A stretch of DNA of 64,000 nt from the NCBI GenBank assembly GCA_031409795.1, contig JANNXX010000041.1:11210-75209 (forward strand). Reading direction: 5' to 3'. Positions within the stretch are counted from its first letter, which is position 1. Each line of letters opens with the position of its first letter. The notes beneath the pieces were generated by a model. That model had not been told where the DNA came from, did not search any database, and saw nothing but the letters and a program-made list of their open reading frames with translations. The position numbers and the translations under genes are program-made. This DNA is from Rhodobacterales bacterium. GTDB taxonomy: Bacteria > Pseudomonadota > Alphaproteobacteria > Rhodobacterales > Rhodobacteraceae. Shown here piece after piece: positions 1-9,182 of the stretch.

Positions 1-320
1 TCCCGAAACGGCATCGCAGCTGACGCCTTCCAGTCGAAGGTTAATATGAATTGGCAACCAGAGATTGCAACAATTTTCGGGCAGGTTTGGGGCGCATCCG
101 CCCCTTGAATCATGAAAATGCCCAATTTCTTCACAGCTTGGCAGGAACCCTTGCAGCCGGAACGCGGATTGGAAGGAGTCTGGCGCGCAAACGACGGGTC
201 AGGGCCGGTCAGCCGCCGCCACCGATTCGCGGCACCGGCCTTGATCGGCAGAAAGTCCGGCAAGACTTGCCCCGGCAAGATTGGCCCGGAAAGCAGGATG
301 GGGAGCAGCCATGCTGGCTG

Positions 321-357
321 CCCCCCATTCGCGCCCCTCTCCCCAGAAGGGGCGAAA
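321..357 (+). repeat. Degenerate REP-like palindrome (family A)
   Basis: CCCCCCATTCGCGCCCCTCTCCCCAGAAGGGGCGAAAG; C-rich head plus hairpin, similar to copies at 4944, 10672, 10755 and 46718. Confidence 0.4.
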
Positions 358-443
358 GTGACCTGACCCGAAGGACGTGCCACCCCAGGTTGCGCCGCAT
401 AGGCCCGGCGTGCTGCAGCACGCGGCCGATGTGCGGCGCGATC

Positions 444-1886
444 TCAGCCGTGCTTGATCATCACATGCCGGACGACAGTGTAATCTTCCAGCGCATAGGC
501 GGACATGTCCTTGCCGTAGCCGCTTTGCTTCAACCCGCCGTGCGGCATTTCATTGGTCAGCATGAAATGCGTGTTGATCCAGGTGCAGCCGTAGCGCAGC
601 CGCGCGGCCGTCGCCATCGCGCGGCCGACGTCGCGGGTCCAGACCGAAGAGGCCAGCCCGTAGTCGCTGTCATTGGCCCAACCCACGGCGTCATCGACAT
701 CCGAGAAAGGTGTGACAGACACGACCGGGCCGAATACCTCGCGGCGCACGATCTCGTCGTCCTGCTTTGCCCCGGCCACCACCGTGGGTCGGTAGTAGAA
801 GCCCTGGTCCATCGCCTCGCCGCCCGTTGTCACCTGCACATGGTTCAACTCCCGTGCGCGGTTGACGAAGCTGGCCACCCGGTCGCGCTGGCGCTGGCTG
901 ATCAGGGGGCCGATCTCGTTGGTGGTGTCATCCTCGGCGCCAAGGGTGATCGAGGCGGCGGCAGAGGTCAGGTCGGCGACCAGCCGGTCATAGACCTTTT
1001 TCCCGGCATAGACGCGGCAGGCGGCGGTGCAGTCCTGCCCGGCGTTGTAGAAGCTGAAGGCGCGCAGGCCTTCGACCACAGCACTGATATCGGCGTCATC
1101 GAAGACGATGACCGGGGCCTTGCCGCCCAGTTCCAGATGGGTGCGCTTGACGGTCTTGGCGGCGGCATCCAGCATCTTCTTGCCGGTCGCCACATCGCCG
1201 GTCAGGCTGATCATGTCCACGCCGGGATGGTTGATCAGGTAGCTTCCGACGGTCTGGCCGCGCCCGGTAACCACGCTGACCACACCGTCAGGCAGTTCGT
1301 CAGCCAGGATCTTCGCCATCTTCAGCGCGGTCAGCGGGGTCTGCTCGCTGGGCTTGAAGATCACCGTATTGCCGCCGCCAATGGCGGGGCCAAGCTTCCA
1401 GGCCATCATCATCAAGGGGTAGTTCCAGGGCGCGATGGAGGCCACCACGCCGACCGGATCGCGGCGGATCATGCTGGTGTGGCCGGACAGGTATTCGCCG
1501 GCAACGGTTCCGTGCTGGCAGCGCACGGCGCCCGCGAAGTAGCGGTAGCAATCGACGATGGCGGGAATTTCATCGTTCAGGGCGGCGTTGATCGGCTTGC
1601 CGCAGTTCAGCGCCTCCAGCGCGGCAAAGCTGTCCGCCTCGGCCTCGACCCGGTCGGCAATGCGCAGAAGGGCGGCCGAACGTTCGGCCGGCGTGGTGCG
1701 CGACCAGCCCTCGAACGCCTTGCGGGCGGCGGCGACGGCGCGGTCAACCTGGGCGGGCGAGGCTTCGGGCACCTCAAGGATCAGCGCGCCGGTGCGCGGG
1801 TTCAGGATCTGCTCGCGCGCTTCGTGGCCCAACTCGAAGGTGGACCCGATCAGAAGGGCGGTGTCGATGGTGGTGAGGGTGTCCAT
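444..1886 (-). CDS. patD: Gamma-aminobutyraldehyde (1-pyrroline) dehydrogenase, ALDH family
   Basis: 480 aa; ALDH motifs PWNYP, FTG-like SLTG, ELGGK (catalytic Glu), GQDCTA (catalytic Cys), EVFGP; last gene of a ydcSTUV-like operon as in E. coli ydcW/patD. Confidence 0.9.
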   Translation of the reverse strand: MDTLTTIDTALLIGSTFELGHEAREQILNPRTGALILEVPEASPAQVDRAVAAARKAFEGWSRTTPAERSAALLRIADRVEAEADSFAALEALNCGKPINAALNDEIPAIVDCYRYFAGAVRCQHGTVAGEYLSGHTSMIRRDPVGVVASIAPWNYPLMMMAWKLGPAIGGGNTVIFKPSEQTPLTALKMAKILADELPDGVVSVVTGRGQTVGSYLINHPGVDMISLTGDVATGKKMLDAAAKTVKRTHLELGGKAPVIVFDDADISAVVEGLRAFSFYNAGQDCTAACRVYAGKKVYDRLVADLTSAAASITLGAEDDTTNEIGPLISQRQRDRVASFVNRARELNHVQVTTGGEAMDQGFYYRPTVVAGAKQDDEIVRREVFGPVVSVTPFSDVDDAVGWANDSDYGLASSVWTRDVGRAMATAARLRYGCTWINTHFMLTNEMPHGGLKQSGYGKDMSAYALEDYTVVRHVMIKHG

Positions 1887-1898
1887 GACGAAGGTTCC

Positions 1899-2717
1899 TT
1901 ATTTGCCCATGCCGGCGGTCTCGGATCCGCCGCGGGTCAGGTAATAGGCTGCAAGGATCGGCACGAAGGTGGCCGCGAAGACCACGATGGCGACGACATT
2001 GGTGACCGGGCGTTGCCGTGGGCGCACCAGCTCGTTCAGCATCCAGATCGGCAGGGTGCTTTGCTGCCCGGCGGTGAAGGTGGTGACGATGACCTCGTCG
2101 AACGACAGGGCAAAGGCCAGCATCCCCCCCGCCAGCAAGGCGGAGCCGAGGTTGGGCCTCAGCACATGGCGGAAGGTCTGGAAGGCGTTGGCGCCAAGGT
2201 CGGCCGAGGCCTCCATGATCCCGCCGGAAAGGCGCCGCATCCGGGCGACGGCGTTGTTGTAGACGATGACGATGCAGAAGGTGGCGTGGCCCAGCACGAT
2301 GGTCCAGGTGGAAAACGGGATGTCCATCACCCCGAAGGCCGACCGGAGCGACATGCCGGTGATGACGCCGGGCAGGGCGATGGGCAAGAGGATCAGCAGG
2401 CTGATCTGATCGCGGCCGAAGAACCTGGCCCGCGCCATCGCGGCGGCGACCAGGGTGCCAAGGATCATGGCCAGCGCGGTCGAGATCGCGGCGACCTTCA
2501 GCGACAGGAACAGGGGCGGCCAGATATCCTCACGCGCCCAGGCGACGCCGAACCACTGGGTCGTCAGGCCGGGGGGTGGAAACTGGTAGGTGCGTTCCTC
2601 GGTGGTGAAAGCGTAGAGGAAGATCAGCAGGATCGGCAGGTGCAGGAACAAAAGCCCACCCAGCGCCGCGACCTTCAGGCCAAGGGTGGCAGTGGGGGCC
2701 TGGGGATCAGAGCGCAT
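1899..2717 (-). CDS. ydcV: Polyamine ABC transporter permease (YdcV/PotC-like)
   Basis: Hydrophobic helices; EAA loop [15 protein letters not shown]; [10 protein letters not shown] motif; ATG 2717 chosen because it overlaps the end of the upstream gene. Confidence 0.85.
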   Translation of the reverse strand: MRSDPQAPTATLGLKVAALGGLLFLHLPILLIFLYAFTTEERTYQFPPPGLTTQWFGVAWAREDIWPPLFLSLKVAAISTALAMILGTLVAAAMARARFFGRDQISLLILLPIALPGVITGMSLRSAFGVMDIPFSTWTIVLGHATFCIVIVYNNAVARMRRLSGGIMEASADLGANAFQTFRHVLRPNLGSALLAGGMLAFALSFDEVIVTTFTAGQQSTLPIWMLNELVRPRQRPVTNVVAIVVFAATFVPILAAYYLTRGGSETAGMGK

Positions 2718-3645
2718 CGAAGGCCCCCGCGCGTTTGGCAAGCGTCAGATAGACCAGCATGATCAGGATCGGAACCACGGCGAAGGCGGCGGCCAGGGGC
2801 GTGTTCCCGGCGGTGCCCTGCAACTGGTAGACGGCAAGGCCGATGAAGCGGGCGCTGTCGCCGACGATCTGCGGAATGATGTAGTCGCCCAGCGTCAGCG
2901 AGAAGGTGAAGATCGATCCGGCGATCACCCCCGGCATGGCCAGCGGCAGGACCACGGTGCGGAAGGTCTGCGACCGGGTGGCGCCAAGATCGGCCGAGGC
3001 TTCCAGCATCGAGGTCGGCACCCGTTCAAGCGCGGCCTGCATCGGCAGGATCATGTAGGGCAGCCAGACGTAGACAAAGACCAGGAAGGTGCCGAAGGGC
3101 GAGGTGGAGAGGGACGAGCCTTCAAGCCCGGGGATGGCCAGGACGGCGTCGATCAGGAACCCGGTCCCGGTGCCCTCGGCGGCCCAGGTCACGATGCCCT
3201 CCTTCGCGAGAATCAGTTTCCAGGCGTAGACCTTGACCAGGTAGCTGGACCACAAGGGCAGCATGACTCCAAGGTAGAAGGCCGCTTTCCACGGGCCTTT
3301 TGCGTAGCGGGCAGCGTAGTAGGCGATGGGGAAGGCCAGCACGGCGCAGGCCAGGGTTACCGCGGCGGACATCACCACGGTGCGCAGGATGATGTCGAGG
3401 TTCTGGGCGCGAAACAGCTCGGCATAGGTCTTGAGGGTGAACTCTTCCTTCACCACGCCCGAAAACTCGTCGATCGAGTAGAAGCTTTGCAGGAGAAGTG
3501 CGGCAAGCGAGCCCAGATAGACCACGCCCAGCCAGAGAAGCGGCGGGGTGACCAGAAGCAGCAGAAGGACGTTCGGCCGGCGCCAGAAGAGTCCGGTCAG
3601 CCGGTCAGACACGCCACGGGCGGGAAGGATTGCGGGGGCGGTCAA
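2707..3645 (-). CDS. ydcU: Polyamine ABC transporter permease (YdcU/PotB-like); start uncertain (TTG 3645 or GTG 3834)
   Basis: [18 protein letters not shown] loop; FSLTLGDYI motif; permease-like sequence begins at about TTG 3645 ([11 protein letters not shown]). Confidence 0.8.
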   Translation of the reverse strand: MTAPAILPARGVSDRLTGLFWRRPNVLLLLLVTPPLLWLGVVYLGSLAALLLQSFYSIDEFSGVVKEEFTLKTYAELFRAQNLDIILRTVVMSAAVTLACAVLAFPIAYYAARYAKGPWKAAFYLGVMLPLWSSYLVKVYAWKLILAKEGIVTWAAEGTGTGFLIDAVLAIPGLEGSSLSTSPFGTFLVFVYVWLPYMILPMQAALERVPTSMLEASADLGATRSQTFRTVVLPLAMPGVIAGSIFTFSLTLGDYIIPQIVGDSARFIGLAVYQLQGTAGNTPLAAAFAVVPILIMLVYLTLAKRAGAFDAL

Positions 3646-3665
3646 CGCGGCGCCCCCGGCCCGGA

Positions 3666-3688
3666 AAAATCCTTGAAGGAAGGATTTT
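3666..3688. repeat. Palindrome related to the TTCGAA-core family (family B)
   Basis: AAAATCCTT-GAAGG-AAGGATTTT, inside the ~180 bp insert between the ATPase and permease genes. Confidence 0.55.
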
Positions 3689-3826
3689 GGGCGCCCGGTT
3701 GCAGGAGACGGCCAGCGTTGCCGGGGTCGGAGCCTCTGGCGGGGAAATTTGCGGACGAGGAATGGCGCGGGCTGACCCACATTCTGCGCCCCTTGCAACG
3801 GTCGGGCTGGGCATTGTCGACAGGCA

Positions 3827-4825
3827 TCAGGCACCCCCCATCAGGTGCAGGGCCGAAGGTTCGAAGGCGATTGCGGTCCGCTCGCCTTCGGCAGGGACCG
3901 GCTGGCCCGCCGGGACAAGGGCGGCGATTTCCGTCCCGTCGGCGTCCAGCACCACGCGGGTGCCCGAGCCAAGGTAGCGCAGCGCCGTGACGCGGCCGGT
4001 CACCGGGCCGGTCGCGGCCAGGCGGGTCGCCTCGGGGCGCAGCGAGGCCCAGCTGTCCGGGCCACCAAGCGCGCGGGTCAGGGCCGGCGGCAGTACGTTC
4101 GACGAGCCGACGAAATCGGCGACGAAGCGGGTGGCGGGCCGGTCGTAGATGTCCTGCGGCGAGCCGATCTGGGCGATGCGGCCCTCGTTGAAGACGGCGA
4201 GGTGATCGGCCATCGACAGGGCCTCGTGCTGGTCATGGGTGACGAAGACGAAGGTCAGGCCCAGGCGGTGTTGCAGGGCCTTCAGCTCGTCCTGCATCGC
4301 CTCGCGCAGCTTGAGGTCAAGCGCGCCAAGCGGTTCGTCCAGGAGCAGCACCCGCGGTTCGTTCACCAGCGCCCGGGCCAGGGCGACACGCTGGCGCTGG
4401 CCGCCGGACAGCTGCGCGGGCTTGCGGTCGCCGTAGGCGTCCAGCTTGACCAGGGCAAGCATTTCCTCGGCCTTGGCATGGCGTCTGGCGCGCGGGGTGC
4501 CCTTGACCATCAGCCCATAGGCCACGTTGTCGCGCACGTTCAGGTGCGGAAAGAGCGCGTAGTCCTGAAACACCGTGTTGACGTTGCGCAAATGTGGCGG
4601 GGTGTTCGAGACATCCTCGCCGAAGATGCGGATCTGGCCGCCGGTTGGTTTCTCGAAGCCCGAGATCAGGCGCAGGCAGGTGGTCTTGCCCGACCCGGAC
4701 GGCCCCAGCATGGCGAAGAACGAGCCCTCGGCGATGGTCAGATCGACGCCATCGACGGCCTTCACCGGTGCGGAGGCGGGGCCGAAATGGCGCGAGACGG
4801 AGTGGAAGGTGACGGCAGCGGTCAT
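3827..4825 (-). CDS. ydcT: Polyamine ABC transporter ATP-binding protein (YdcT/PotA-like)
   Basis: Walker A GPSGSGKT, signature LSGGQRQRV, Walker B LLLDE, H-loop; alternative start at 4840. Confidence 0.92.
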   Translation of the reverse strand: MTAAVTFHSVSRHFGPASAPVKAVDGVDLTIAEGSFFAMLGPSGSGKTTCLRLISGFEKPTGGQIRIFGEDVSNTPPHLRNVNTVFQDYALFPHLNVRDNVAYGLMVKGTPRARRHAKAEEMLALVKLDAYGDRKPAQLSGGQRQRVALARALVNEPRVLLLDEPLGALDLKLREAMQDELKALQHRLGLTFVFVTHDQHEALSMADHLAVFNEGRIAQIGSPQDIYDRPATRFVADFVGSSNVLPPALTRALGGPDSWASLRPEATRLAATGPVTGRVTALRYLGSGTRVVLDADGTEIAALVPAGQPVPAEGERTAIAFEPSALHLMGGA

Positions 4826-4943
4826 GGGGCTTTCTTGCATAGAACGGGCAAGCCTCCCGTTTTCACCGTCCCTGAAGACAGGGAAGGCGGCGCGGGGTGC
4901 CCAAAGGTAAGGCCTGCGGCGACAGTCAGTTCGGAAAAGGTGG

Positions 4944-4980
4944 CTCCCCTTCCCCTTGGCGGGGGAGGGGAGGAGCGGGG
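4944..4980 (-). repeat. REP-like palindrome (family A)
   Basis: Minus strand CCCCGCTCCTCCCCTCCCCC-GCCAA-GGGGAAGGGGAG, just downstream of the SBP stop codon. Confidence 0.65.
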
Positions 4981-4996
4981 TTTCCCCCGACCGGGC

Positions 4997-6154
4997 TTAG
5001 CGCCCGCCGATCACGCCGATATAGTCCGAGACCCAGCGGTAATAGGGCACGCACATGCCGTCGCCCTGGGCGCAGTTCGACACGGGGGTGGTCCAGAACC
5101 GGATCTTCTCGAAGTCGTCAAGCCCGTTGGCGGTACAGGTTTCCGCCGTGGCCATGCCGCGCCCGTCGGTGCAGGCCGCCGGAACCGAGGGGTTCGCGCC
5201 GAACCAGACCGCAAGGTCGGATTGCAGGTTCGAGGACAGCGTGTGTTCCATCCACAGATAGGCGCAGTTCGGGTTCGCCGCATCGACATGCATCATCGTC
5301 GTGTCAGCCCAGCCGGTGGCGCCTTCCTGAGGGATCACCGAGGCGACGGGCTGGCCTTCGCCTTTCAGGAGGTTGACCTGGAAGGGCCAGGACCCGGACG
5401 CGACCACGCCTTCGTTCTTGAAGTCATCCATCTGGATGAAGGCGTCGTGCCAGTAGCGCGAGGTCAGGTCGCGTTGAACGCGCAGCAGATCAAGCGCGGC
5501 CTTGTACTGCTCTTCGTTCAGCTCGTAGGGCGAGGTGATGCCAAGTTCCGGCTTGTGGAACATCAGGTATTGCGCCGCATCGGCGACGTGGATCGGGCCG
5601 TCATAGGCCTGGACCCGGCCCTTGTTCGACTGGCCGTCGGGCAGAGTGGTTTCCTCGAACACCACCGACCACGAGGTTGGCGGTTCCTTGAAAACCTCGG
5701 TGTTGTACATCAGCACGTTCGGTCCCCACATGTAGGGAACGCCGAAATGCACGCCGTCGACCGTGTGCCAGGGCGCGCTTTGCAGGCGGGGGTCGACGGT
5801 GGACCAGGACGGGATCAGGTCGATGTTGACCGGCTGCACGCGGTCACCGGCCACCAGACGCAGCGAGGCGTCGCCCGAGGCGGTCACCAGGTCAAAGCCG
5901 CCTTCGTTCATCAGCGCAACCATTTCATCCGAGGTGTTCGCGGTCTTGACGTTGACCTTGCACCCGCTGGCAGCTTCGAACTTGGTGACCCAGTCGAAGG
6001 TCTTGTCGGTTTCGCCACGCTCGATGTAGCCAGGCCAGGCGACGATGTTCACCTGGCCTTCCGGCGCGCCGATTTCAGTGATCTGGGCCAGTGCCGGGGT
6101 CAGCCCGGTCAGCACGGCAAGGGCCGTCGTGGCCATCAGCTTCATGTGTCTCAT
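4997..6154 (-). CDS. ydcS: Polyamine ABC transporter substrate-binding protein (YdcS-like)
   Basis: Signal peptide; AWPGYIERGETDK...DWVTKFE, SDEMV, TASGDASLRL and WGPN segments match what I recall of E. coli YdcS; SD GGGAG upstream of ATG 6154. Confidence 0.9.
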   Translation of the reverse strand: MRHMKLMATTALAVLTGLTPALAQITEIGAPEGQVNIVAWPGYIERGETDKTFDWVTKFEAASGCKVNVKTANTSDEMVALMNEGGFDLVTASGDASLRLVAGDRVQPVNIDLIPSWSTVDPRLQSAPWHTVDGVHFGVPYMWGPNVLMYNTEVFKEPPTSWSVVFEETTLPDGQSNKGRVQAYDGPIHVADAAQYLMFHKPELGITSPYELNEEQYKAALDLLRVQRDLTSRYWHDAFIQMDDFKNEGVVASGSWPFQVNLLKGEGQPVASVIPQEGATGWADTTMMHVDAANPNCAYLWMEHTLSSNLQSDLAVWFGANPSVPAACTDGRGMATAETCTANGLDDFEKIRFWTTPVSNCAQGDGMCVPYYRWVSDYIGVIGGR

Positions 6155-6265
6155 CGCAAACTCCCTCTGGTTGGTCGCGCACAGCCGCGCCACGCCGGTT
6201 TTCCGGTCATGTCAGCACGCTACGACCACCGGAAGAAATCGCAATAACAAAACGGGGATGAGAGG

Positions 6266-6282
6266 TATCGGTTTTTCCGATA
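6266..6282. promoter_or_regulatory. Putative LysR-type operator upstream of the ydcS-like operon
   Basis: Dyad TATCGG-TTTTT-CCGATA containing a T-N11-A core; LysR gene nearby. Confidence 0.45.
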
Positions 6283-6315
6283 GGACGCCAGCCCGGGATG
6301 GAGCAAAATTAGCGC

Positions 6316-6346
6316 TTGACCTGAAGCTGCTCCAGCTTGCTAGGCC
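6316..6346 (+). promoter_or_regulatory. MerR-type promoter/operator with 19-bp spacer
   Basis: TTGACC-N19-TAGGCC with dyad AAGCTG-CTC-CAGCTT in the spacer, directly upstream of the MerR gene. Confidence 0.7.
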
Positions 6347-6367
6347 GGGGCATCGAAAGGAACGCTG

Positions 6368-6736
6368 ATGAACATCAAGGATGCCGCCGCGGCAAGCGGG
6401 CTGTCAATTGACACGATCCGGTTCTACGAGAAATCGGGGATGCTGCCCAAGGTGCAGCGCGATGCGCGGGGGTGGCGGCGGTTCGACGCGGGCGCCGTGG
6501 ACTGGCTGCGCAATCTGGAACGGCTGCGGGCCACGGGCATGCCGATGGCCGATATGCGCCGGTTCGCGCTGCTGGTGCATGGGGCCGGCCACCCCGGCGC
6601 GGCGGCGGCGCGGCTGGAGATTCTGCAACGGCATGGCGAACGGCTGGCGCTCCGTCGGCACGAGGTAGAGGCCTGCCAGGCGTATCTCGACCAGAAGATC
6701 AGCATTTACAGCAGGATGACGGAGGATCAGCGATGA
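6368..6736 (+). CDS. MerR-family transcriptional regulator (AdhR/NmlR-like)
   Basis: MNIKDAAAASGLSIDTIRFYEKSGML HTH, R-x-F wing motif, C-terminal coiled coil with a single Cys; SD AAGGA. Confidence 0.9.
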   Translation: MNIKDAAAASGLSIDTIRFYEKSGMLPKVQRDARGWRRFDAGAVDWLRNLERLRATGMPMADMRRFALLVHGAGHPGAAAARLEILQRHGERLALRRHEVEACQAYLDQKISIYSRMTEDQR

Positions 6737-7725
6737 TCATGCGAAGAGTGTGGGACGGGGCAACGGTGCCCGCGCTGGGCCTGGGGTGTTGGGCCATCGG
6801 TGGCCCGTGGACGGCGGGAGGCGCGCCAGCGGGCTGGGGCGTGGTGGATGATGCAGAATCCCTCCGCGCCATTCATGCGGGGGTCGCGGCGGGCGTGCGG
6901 TTTTTCGACACTGCGCAGGCCTATGGGGCGGGGCACTCCGAGACGGTGTTGGGGCAAGCGCTGCGGCATCACCCAGAGGTGCGGCTGGCGACGAAAGTCG
7001 GACTGGCAATCGATCCGGCGCGCCGCACCTTGATCGGCGAGGATCTGGCCGGGATCGCGGGGTCCGTCGACGGCTCCCTGCGGCGGCTCCGGCGGGACCG
7101 GATCGACCTGGTGCTCTTGCATCTGAACAGCCTGCCTGTTGCCGAGGCGGAAGCGGTCTTCGATACGCTCGACGACCTGTGCGTTGCGGGAAAGATCGCG
7201 GCCTATGGGTGGAGCACGGATTTCCCCGACAGGGCGGCCGCCTTTGCGCACCGGCCTGGGATGGTCGCAATCGAACATGCGATGAACGTGTTCTTCCGGG
7301 CTGACGCCCTGATGTCGGTGATCGCGGTACATGGTCTTATGTCGATCAACCGCTCGCCGCTGGCGATGGGACTGCTGGGCGGAAAGTATGAAAACGGCCA
7401 CCGCTTCGGCCGCGATGACGTCCGCAGCCGAAACGCGGACTGGATGGATTACTTCAAGGGCGGCGGGGTCGCGCCCGAGCTTCAGGCCCGGTTGAGTGCC
7501 GTCCGCGATCTCTTGCAGACCGGCGGGCGCTCGCTGGCGCAAGGGGCGATCGGCTGGCTTTGGGCGCGGTCCGGGGCGACCCTGCCGATCCCCGGCTTTC
7601 GGACCGTGGCGCAGGTCGAAGACCTGGCGGCAGCCTTGCAGAAAGGTGCCCTGCCAGCGTCGGTGATGGAAGAGATCGAGACGGTCATCCAGCGCGAGCC
7701 CGAAGGCCCGCCACGCGAACGCTGA
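6733..7725 (+). CDS. Aldo/keto reductase
   Basis: LGLGCW, FDTAQAYG, ATKVG, LLH tetrad residues, PIPG motif; ATGA overlap with the MerR stop. Confidence 0.9.
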   Translation: MIMRRVWDGATVPALGLGCWAIGGPWTAGGAPAGWGVVDDAESLRAIHAGVAAGVRFFDTAQAYGAGHSETVLGQALRHHPEVRLATKVGLAIDPARRTLIGEDLAGIAGSVDGSLRRLRRDRIDLVLLHLNSLPVAEAEAVFDTLDDLCVAGKIAAYGWSTDFPDRAAAFAHRPGMVAIEHAMNVFFRADALMSVIAVHGLMSINRSPLAMGLLGGKYENGHRFGRDDVRSRNADWMDYFKGGGVAPELQARLSAVRDLLQTGGRSLAQGAIGWLWARSGATLPIPGFRTVAQVEDLAAALQKGALPASVMEEIETVIQREPEGPPRER

Positions 7726-8628
7726 TCAGGGAGTAGAGATGGCCGTCTGTGCCGATCGGACGAAGTTGTGCGCCGGGGGCGACAGCGGCGCGCCTTTGCG
7801 CCAGGCCAGGCCCACCTGCACCGTCGGCAGATCACCCGAGACATCGCGGATCTCGATCCGGTCGCCTTCCAGCGACCAGGGGCGGTAGACCAGGCTGGGC
7901 AGGATCGCAAGGCCCGCCCCGGTGGCGACCAGCGAGCGCACCGCCTCGACACTGCGGGTGCGGAAGGCCATCTCGGGCTTCACCGGCATTGCTGCGGTCA
8001 GGCGGCGGGTCGATTCCTCGATCTCGTCGACCATCAGCTGGATCAAGGGCTGGCTGGACAGATCCTCCAGCGTGATCGTCTCCTGCTGCGCCAGAGGGTG
8101 ACCCAGCGGCAACCACAGCCGGTAGGGCGACACCAGCAGCGTCTCGACATTCAGCGCCAGCCGGTCCTTGACCGACGAGGTGAGCAGGACCGCCACGTCC
8201 AGCTCTCCGCCGATCAACAGGTGCTGCAGGTAATCGCCATTGTCCTCGATCACGTTCAGGTCGACCTGCGGATAGGCGCGGCGATAGCGGGCAAGGATGT
8301 CCGACAGCACATAGCCCGCAACCAGGCTGGTGACCCCAAGCGACAGCCGCCCTGTCGCCGCTTCGGTATCGGACTGGAAGGCCGACCGGGCCGAGGCGAC
8401 CTCGGACAGGATCTTGCGGACATGGCGCAGGAAGGCCGAGCCCTTGTGCGTGATCAAAAGCCCCCGCGCCTGCCGGTCAAAGAGCGTCACGCCAAGGTCA
8501 TCCTCAAGGCTGCGGATCGCCTCGGTGACCGAGGACTGGCTGATCGACAGGATCCGCGCCGCACCCGAAACGGACCCGGCTTCGGCGGCGGCGACGAAGA
8601 ACTGCAGCTGGCGAAGGGTAAAGGCCAT
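7726..8628 (-). CDS. LysR-family transcriptional regulator
   Basis: N-terminal LRQLQFF...SVSGAA..LSISQSSVTEAIRSLE HTH; substrate-binding domain; 300 aa. Confidence 0.93.
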   Translation of the reverse strand: MAFTLRQLQFFVAAAEAGSVSGAARILSISQSSVTEAIRSLEDDLGVTLFDRQARGLLITHKGSAFLRHVRKILSEVASARSAFQSDTEAATGRLSLGVTSLVAGYVLSDILARYRRAYPQVDLNVIEDNGDYLQHLLIGGELDVAVLLTSSVKDRLALNVETLLVSPYRLWLPLGHPLAQQETITLEDLSSQPLIQLMVDEIEESTRRLTAAMPVKPEMAFRTRSVEAVRSLVATGAGLAILPSLVYRPWSLEGDRIEIRDVSGDLPTVQVGLAWRKGAPLSPPAHNFVRSAQTAISTP

Positions 8629-8644
8629 GGGGCTGTTCTGACAG

Positions 8645-8680
8645 AGGGTGCCGGGGGTGCCGGGGGTGGCGCCCCCTGCG
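8645..8680. repeat. G-rich palindromic repeat (family C, partial)
   Basis: GGGTGCCGG-GGGTGCCGG-GGGTGGCGCCCCC, similar to the GGGGGTGNGGGGGC..CCCC part of the elements at 13436 and 28739. Confidence 0.4.
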
Positions 8681-8768
8681 GGATGGTTGGGGACAAGAAT
8701 GACGGCAGGCAGTCTGACGATTCCTTGGGTCAGGGCAAGGGCTGAAAGGCGGGCGCCGGGGATCGGGG

Positions 8769-9104
8769 TCAGTCTGCAGGCCAGCGGCCGGACTGCAGCA
8801 AGACCCAGCCCGACGCGGTTCCAGGCGGCGGGGCGCCCTCTTGCCAGAACTGCAGGCGGATGTGGTCGGGCAGGTCAGGGGATTCCGGCAGGGCCAGCAG
8901 CGACCAGTGCATCCTGAAACCGTCAATCAGCAGACCTTCGGCATAGAATGCAATCTCTTCGGACTCCAGCGCCTCGGACGGGGTCGCGGACCAGCCTTCG
9001 GCGGTGACCCAGAAAACCAGCCCTTCGATTTCCGGATAGTGCCGGGCCAGGTCCGACAAGGGCGCAAGGAAAGCCTCGATCGGGGTGGGGGAAGCTTTGG
9101 ACAT
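8769..9104 (-). CDS. Hypothetical protein (111 aa, acidic)
   Basis: Natural-looking composition and codon usage; SD AAAGGA upstream; co-directional after holA. Confidence 0.7.
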   Translation of the reverse strand: MSKASPTPIEAFLAPLSDLARHYPEIEGLVFWVTAEGWSATPSEALESEEIAFYAEGLLIDGFRMHWSLLALPESPDLPDHIRLQFWQEGAPPPGTASGWVLLQSGRWPAD

Positions 9105-9182
9105 GCGGGCGTTCCTTTCTGCGGCCGATGGGGGGGGGCGGGGGTCAGCGAAAAGCGCCCGCGCGGGAACGAGAAGCGGTGG

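Noticed and set aside
112-366. 84-aa ORF at the window start
   Set aside because: No SD or motif, and it ends in a repeat hairpin; likely spurious
51-2762. 903-aa plus-strand ORF, and similar long ORFs such as 3845-6247, 13772-15673, 38098-39750 and 50356-52218
   Set aside because: Antisense shadows of well-supported genes, expected in high-GC DNA; Arg/Gly/Ala-rich with no family motifs
9130-9138. G9 homopolymer upstream of the 111-aa hypothetical gene
   Set aside because: Could be a phase-variable tract, but no promoter elements bracket it and G-runs are common in this genome
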